Below are positions 53,519 to 57,739 of a DNA stretch of 57,739 nucleotides, one piece after another. The notes below the pieces were generated by a model. It was not told the DNA's origin. It did no database searches and saw nothing but the letters and a program-made list of their open reading frames with translations. Origin of the DNA: a virus (Duplodnaviria > Caudoviricetes); the IMG/VR virus record IMGVR_UViG_3300011115_000454, positions 1 through 57,739 of that record, one strand, 5' to 3'. The translations under genes were made by a program, and so were the position numbers. Numbering within the stretch: position 1 is the stretch's first letter; the number at the start of each line of letters is the position of its first letter.

Positions 53519-54634
53519 TTAATTTAATTCAAAGTGAACGCTCTCACCGTGGTCTGCTTCAATGTCGCTACTTATGCACCACACTACTGGGTAACTTGGT
53601 GCTTCACCGAAACCTGTATATCCGTCAGTCAAGCATACGAACAACTCAGGCTCAATACCATGTTCATCGCAGTACGCAAACCCTGCCGGCATATCTGTGC
53701 CACCACCTGAGAAGTAGTCAATCTTAAATTCCTCATCTTGCTCAAACTCATCGTGTCGTACAACTTGCGTGTCTGTATATAGAACGTGAACCTTGCTAGG
53801 TCTACATTGCTCGATGATGCGTGATAGGTGACCGTTGTAGTGTGCAGTCTCTTGCGCACTGATTGACCCAGATACATCGACTTGGACAACAACCTCGCCC
53901 ATCATGGGCAACTTATCTACGCTTGGTAAATAGTTATCTGTGAATCTGCGATTAGGTCTGCGCCATGTCTGTCCCTGTGCAACCATCGTAGTCATGTACT
54001 TCTCGACAATCTCGTACCATGGTGTCTTAACATTTAAAATGTCGGACACAATATCCTGCAACTTAGATGACAACTTACCGCGCATCTTGGCTATCTGGGC
54101 AGCCTCGGCGACCTGTACTTTAATCTCAGCCTCCATCTCTTTAACCTCGTCAGGGTTGAGGGGCTTGCCGTTATCACCTTCAATAATGTCGTCACCGATA
54201 CCATCAGTGCCGCTACCTCCAGTACCGCCATTTGGCTTGTCAGGCAACTCGTCATATATCTGCTCGGTTGTCTTGTCCTTAGAACCTTTCATGTCAACAC
54301 AGTTAGGTATACGCTCACCAACTTTGGCTTCATCAAGCATGTCGTTAATCCATGCGTCACCTGCTACGTTCCACTTCTTAAAATTGCGTGAACCTCGGCG
54401 CAGAGCATGCTGTGCAATCACATGTCCAATCTCATGGCACAAGCCCCACACTATCTGTGGCACAGGTAACTTCTCAATGAAGTCAGGGTTGTAGTAGATG
54501 TTGGCTTTACCATCCACCCCTAGGGTCGGTATCTCTCTCGTCTCAATTAACTTGCGTTTGAGCAAGATAGACGCAAAGAATGGATAGTCCATCACAATAT
54601 GCCCCTTGGCTTTTTGTAGTTTGCTCACTGTCAT
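53519..54634 (-). CDS. DUF2201-type metallopeptidase + vWA protein
   Basis: HEIGH zincin; WNVAGD..IN; WRRPNRR; MIDAS DVSGS, GGGT, LTDG. Confidence 0.85.
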   Translation of the reverse strand: MTVSKLQKAKGHIVMDYPFFASILLKRKLIETREIPTLGVDGKANIYYNPDFIEKLPVPQIVWGLCHEIGHVIAQHALRRGSRNFKKWNVAGDAWINDMLDEAKVGERIPNCVDMKGSKDKTTEQIYDELPDKPNGGTGGSGTDGIGDDIIEGDNGKPLNPDEVKEMEAEIKVQVAEAAQIAKMRGKLSSKLQDIVSDILNVKTPWYEIVEKYMTTMVAQGQTWRRPNRRFTDNYLPSVDKLPMMGEVVVQVDVSGSISAQETAHYNGHLSRIIEQCRPSKVHVLYTDTQVVRHDEFEQDEEFKIDYFSGGGTDMPAGFAYCDEHGIEPELFVCLTDGYTGFGEAPSYPVVWCISSDIEADHGESVHFELN

Positions 54635-54843
54635 TTCAATTCTCCTATTACGGTTATATCAATTTCGTTATCCTTATCTCGACTCAGCGTTACCTTCTTG
54701 TCTGCAATACCCTCAATCAAATGGTTGGAGATTTCTACAAACTGACAATATTTTGTCAATTCCTTGTTTACCCTTATGAAGGCAAACACTGTCACCACCC
54801 ATCCAATCATGAGTACTACCTCTAACTCTGTGAATGTAATCAT
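54631..54843 (-). CDS. small membrane protein
   Basis: N-terminal TM; coupled to neighbours on both sides. Confidence 0.55.
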   Translation of the reverse strand: MITFTELEVVLMIGWVVTVFAFIRVNKELTKYCQFVEISNHLIEGIADKKVTLSRDKDNEIDITVIGELK

Positions 54844-55748
54844 TACATACCTCCATATAAAGCGCCCATCTGTTTAGCGATGTAATCTAGTTTGGCGGCG
54901 GCTTGCTCCCGGACTATGGGTGACTCACGCAACACATCCACATTAGTGGAATACTTAGACACAGCCTCACCGATAGTGTTCGCCATCTCAGTAATATCAG
55001 GGTCATCATTGATGTTGAGTTTCTTCGCCATGTCAATGCCGTTGATGATGTTCTCCATCGCAGAGTCTCTGAAGATATGCCCCTCAGTACCGATGGGCTT
55101 GTTCAACTTTTCAACCAAGTGTTTGAGAGGCTCCATCATTTTCTTGATTACCTCGCTTCGTGCAGTGGCTTGCACATCAGCCATCGTTGAGTTGAACTCA
55201 GCCATATCATCTTCACTAATGTCGAACAAGAAGTGCGATGCCTCAGGCAGTGGTGTAAACCTTAAGTCATGCCCCATGTTGCGAGCAAACTCATCAGCCG
55301 TTGGGTAATCATCGGGACTTGGTGGTATATATTTAGCAGGCTTAGAGCGACCATTATCAGCAGCGATTCTCGATTGAATATCAAGATGTACATACTTGTC
55401 CCAGTTAGGCATGTAGTTACGCATCATCGAGTCAACAGCATCTATACGCTCACGCATCTTTGCCGTGTATTCCATGTACTGTGTAGTTGGTAGAAGTCGA
55501 GGCCCCTTGTCAATGTAAGGCAGAGTGTGCGTTTTATGATAGGTGTACACCTCGCTTGCTTTGCTCATGATTACATTGATGGGGTTAAGTTTGTCCCTAA
55601 ACAATTTCTTGTTAACCACGAACGCAGTGTCGCCAAGTTCCTCTTGTAGATGGGCTTCAGCCATCAGGTCACGTTTGGTCAGGTTGGCTCGCTTGGTAGT
55701 GAGTTTGACCAGTACGGCTTTCTCAGCCAGTCTTGTTAGTTTCATCAT
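54843..55748 (-). CDS. DUF3150-like helical protein
   Basis: HTLPY..KG.RLLP, DYP...E, IFRDS motifs; typical neighbour of AAA/vWA genes. Confidence 0.55.
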   Translation of the reverse strand: MMKLTRLAEKAVLVKLTTKRANLTKRDLMAEAHLQEELGDTAFVVNKKLFRDKLNPINVIMSKASEVYTYHKTHTLPYIDKGPRLLPTTQYMEYTAKMRERIDAVDSMMRNYMPNWDKYVHLDIQSRIAADNGRSKPAKYIPPSPDDYPTADEFARNMGHDLRFTPLPEASHFLFDISEDDMAEFNSTMADVQATARSEVIKKMMEPLKHLVEKLNKPIGTEGHIFRDSAMENIINGIDMAKKLNINDDPDITEMANTIGEAVSKYSTNVDVLRESPIVREQAAAKLDYIAKQMGALYGGM

Positions 55749-55763
55749 AAGTCAGTCCTTTAG

Positions 55764-56768
55764 TTAGATAAACATACTGCTATTTTTAACAGTCCACTGA
55801 ACATACGCTTTGGTATTGCGTATCTCAGGCTTCAAAGTCTGTGCATCAAGCACACACATAACTTGGAACTCAGCAGGCATACGACCCACATACTCGGACA
55901 CTCGGTCAAAGTTGTCTTTCGATACCCTATGAGCCAATGCACCAGTCAATGCAAACAATACCGCAGGGTCGCTCGGCACATCCGCCTTGGCAGGATTCAT
56001 AATGATGCCGTCAATGTTGGGCAAGTTCTCAAAGATTCGCTTGAACCCTGTGTATTCAGCCGCCGCACCTTCGCCCACGCAACCTGCTACGTTAGTGAAG
56101 TACATCTCAGTGGGCAACTTATCTGACACATAGTTGGCAAACTCCCACGACCTTGGGGTTGGGTTGATTTCCCTGTCTGCTCGGAAGTCTGACAATAGGT
56201 TGGGTCTGAAGCGTAAGAACTGAATCATGTCAACACGAATGTTGTTGTTCAATGCCCATGCACACCAGTCGTCAATGTTCTCGTCAAACTCTAGTGTCTG
56301 CATACGATTGGCTAACTTGGTTGTCATGCGATTCGCACCTGATTTGTCCTCGGTACGATTACCTGTTGCAATCATGTAACATTTAGGATGCAGTTTGAGT
56401 TCTCCTGCCATTTTGTCTAGAATGACACGGCAAAGCGGATTTTGCATAGGCACAGGTGCGTCTGTAATTTCTTCAATAATCAGTGCGCATGGCTCATCTG
56501 TCCCATCATCTCGGATACGATAGAACTCCGATGGAGGAACCCACACAGAGTAATTGCCATCATTTTTAGGCAAGCCTAGAATATCCACTGGGTCACGCAA
56601 CGATGGATTAAACTCCGTTACACGCTCAGGTCTGATACCTAGAGTACGCACGATATCTCGTGCAAGTGAAGATTTCCCGCCGCCAGGTTTACTAGTGAGT
56701 CGGGGCACAAGTTTGTTACTAACTTCAAAGTTAGCGAGGATGGATTGTTTTAAGTCTGAATACTTCAT
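55764..56768 (-). CDS. MoxR/dynein-related AAA+ ATPase
   Basis: Walker A PGGGKS; Walker B LIIEE; ATGNR..D; LANR; PTPRSW. Confidence 0.85.
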   Translation of the reverse strand: MKYSDLKQSILANFEVSNKLVPRLTSKPGGGKSSLARDIVRTLGIRPERVTEFNPSLRDPVDILGLPKNDGNYSVWVPPSEFYRIRDDGTDEPCALIIEEITDAPVPMQNPLCRVILDKMAGELKLHPKCYMIATGNRTEDKSGANRMTTKLANRMQTLEFDENIDDWCAWALNNNIRVDMIQFLRFRPNLLSDFRADREINPTPRSWEFANYVSDKLPTEMYFTNVAGCVGEGAAAEYTGFKRIFENLPNIDGIIMNPAKADVPSDPAVLFALTGALAHRVSKDNFDRVSEYVGRMPAEFQVMCVLDAQTLKPEIRNTKAYVQWTVKNSSMFI

Positions 56769-56884
56769 ATCTCTCTTTCAGTTAGTGATGATGTAAGGGT
56801 TTACCCTTACGGTTTGGTTATTGCACAAGTTCTACGCTTGTGTTCCAGTTAATGTGTAAGTTGTTGATAGCTCATTCGGTGATC

Positions 56885-56977
56885 CTATGGTCTCCACACT
56901 GTTAAATCCAGTGCTATTACTATTAGTGCAATCAGCAAGACTATGCGTGTGAGCCGTTCGTGATAGGTGAGTTTCAT
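56885..56977 (-). CDS. 30-aa membrane peptide ([30 protein letters not shown])
   Basis: translated by hand; ATGA-coupled to the upstream gene. Confidence 0.5.
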   Translation of the reverse strand: MKLTYHERLTRIVLLIALIVIALDLTVWRP

Positions 56978-57159
56978 TTGTTCATCCCCTTGTGCGTCAC
57001 GATTACTTTGTACCCCAAATCAGTTACGCACTTGTATGTGTTGTCTGTTAGTGTGGTTGTGTTCGCTATCTTGGCAAACAGTTTGGCGGTTGGGCATACA
57101 GGGTAATACTTGGTCACGCCGTATACATCTCTGACTTCTATTGTGATTGTGTCAATCAT
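56974..57159 (-). CDS. small conserved early phage protein
   Basis: VRDVYG...YYPVC..AKLFA.IA.T.TLT motif; GGAGG SD. Confidence 0.65.
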   Translation of the reverse strand: MIDTITIEVRDVYGVTKYYPVCPTAKLFAKIANTTTLTDNTYKCVTDLGYKVIVTHKGMNK

Positions 57160-57362
57160 GCTACCTCCCATTTGTTTGATTTACGCAAATTTTCTGATGC
57201 AGGTATTACCCGCAAATTTTGTGGTACATGTAAACCACTCACATTTATACCTCGCAATGGAATTATGTGGTCAACGTGCCCATGTTTGCATGGTTTGCCT
57301 GTGAAGTAGTACTTCAATCCTTTTGCAATGGCTTCTTTTCTAGTCACTACGTCTTCGGTCAT
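57156..57362 (-). CDS. minimal, probably internally deleted HNH endonuclease
   Basis: TRKEA...[11 protein letters not shown] joined directly to [18 protein letters not shown]......N..KSN. Confidence 0.65.
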   Translation of the reverse strand: MTEDVVTRKEAIAKGLKYYFTGKPCKHGHVDHIIPLRGINVSGLHVPQNLRVIPASENLRKSNKWEVA

Positions 57363-57634
57363 TCTTCATCCTCCTCATCATCTCGCACATACTCTACGAA
57401 ATCTTCCTCTTGTAATGGGGGCAAGGTCATTGCTTTTTCCATCAGTCGCCACACATCTTTGAGAGATTCCATATCTTCTGAGCCTGTGCAGGGTGCGCCG
57501 TAACCATTAGGCTCACCATCTTTGGTGTAAACAACTTCTTGCAGACAATACCAATCCTCGCCGTTGTTGGCTGTCTTGGTGTTGACGATGCGGTAATTCC
57601 ATGTGAAATCAAAATCGCTTATGTTGTCGGTCAT
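57359..57634 (-). CDS. hypothetical protein (WNYRIV motif)
   Basis: AAGGAGG SD; ATGA-coupled on both sides. Confidence 0.65.
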   Translation of the reverse strand: MTDNISDFDFTWNYRIVNTKTANNGEDWYCLQEVVYTKDGEPNGYGAPCTGSEDMESLKDVWRLMEKAMTLPPLQEEDFVEYVRDDEEDEE

Positions 57635-57739
57635 GTTGTTCCTCCTTTATGTGATGAGTTAAGTCCGATGAGTAATGACAAGTCTGTCACTACTATGTAG
57701 TTTGATTTGGGCATAGGCACGATTGTGTGCTTGCGCTGT
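57613..57739. repeat. 127-nt terminal direct repeat (copy 2)
   Basis: identical to 1..127. Confidence 0.9.

Noticed and set aside
57613-57739. Terminal repeat as a biological direct terminal repeat
   Set aside because: It is exactly 127 nt, a common k-mer size, and falls inside coding sequence, so assembly circularisation is the simpler explanation
1-57739. tRNA, rRNA, integrase or IS elements
   Set aside because: None was recognised by eye; a tRNAscan/HMM run would be needed to exclude them formally

Overview
The window is a complete, circularly assembled tailed-phage genome of about 57.6 kb. The last 127 nt duplicate the first 127 nt, which is most likely assembly overlap. Morphology genes look podovirus-like. 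The spanin pair implies a Gram-negative host; a betaproteobacterial or freshwater host is only my impression from gene content. The + strand (about 2.3-39.8 kb) carries packaging, head, tail/fibre, lysis and ejection genes. The - strand (about 39.8-57.6 kb and 1-1.6 kb) carries replication genes (primase-helicase, SSB-like, SNF2 helicase, nucleases, PolA) and early genes (AAA ATPase/vWA module, PhyH-like dioxygenase). The two arms diverge at a non-coding region with GAATATTC repeats. The main candidate for a new system is a short tail-fibre gene coupled to a protein with 19 Cys, immediately followed by a radical SAM/SPASM enzyme. This suggests RiPP-like thioether modification of a virion tip protein. 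Other highlights: SD-led genes nested in the +1 frame of the 2732-aa ejection protein, which also has an L,D-transpeptidase-like domain; three tandem Gly-rich adhesin paralogues plus a broken fourth copy; and a repeated RNA structure motif upstream of the scaffold gene. All product calls come from motifs, synteny and recalled family resemblance. No database search was run.
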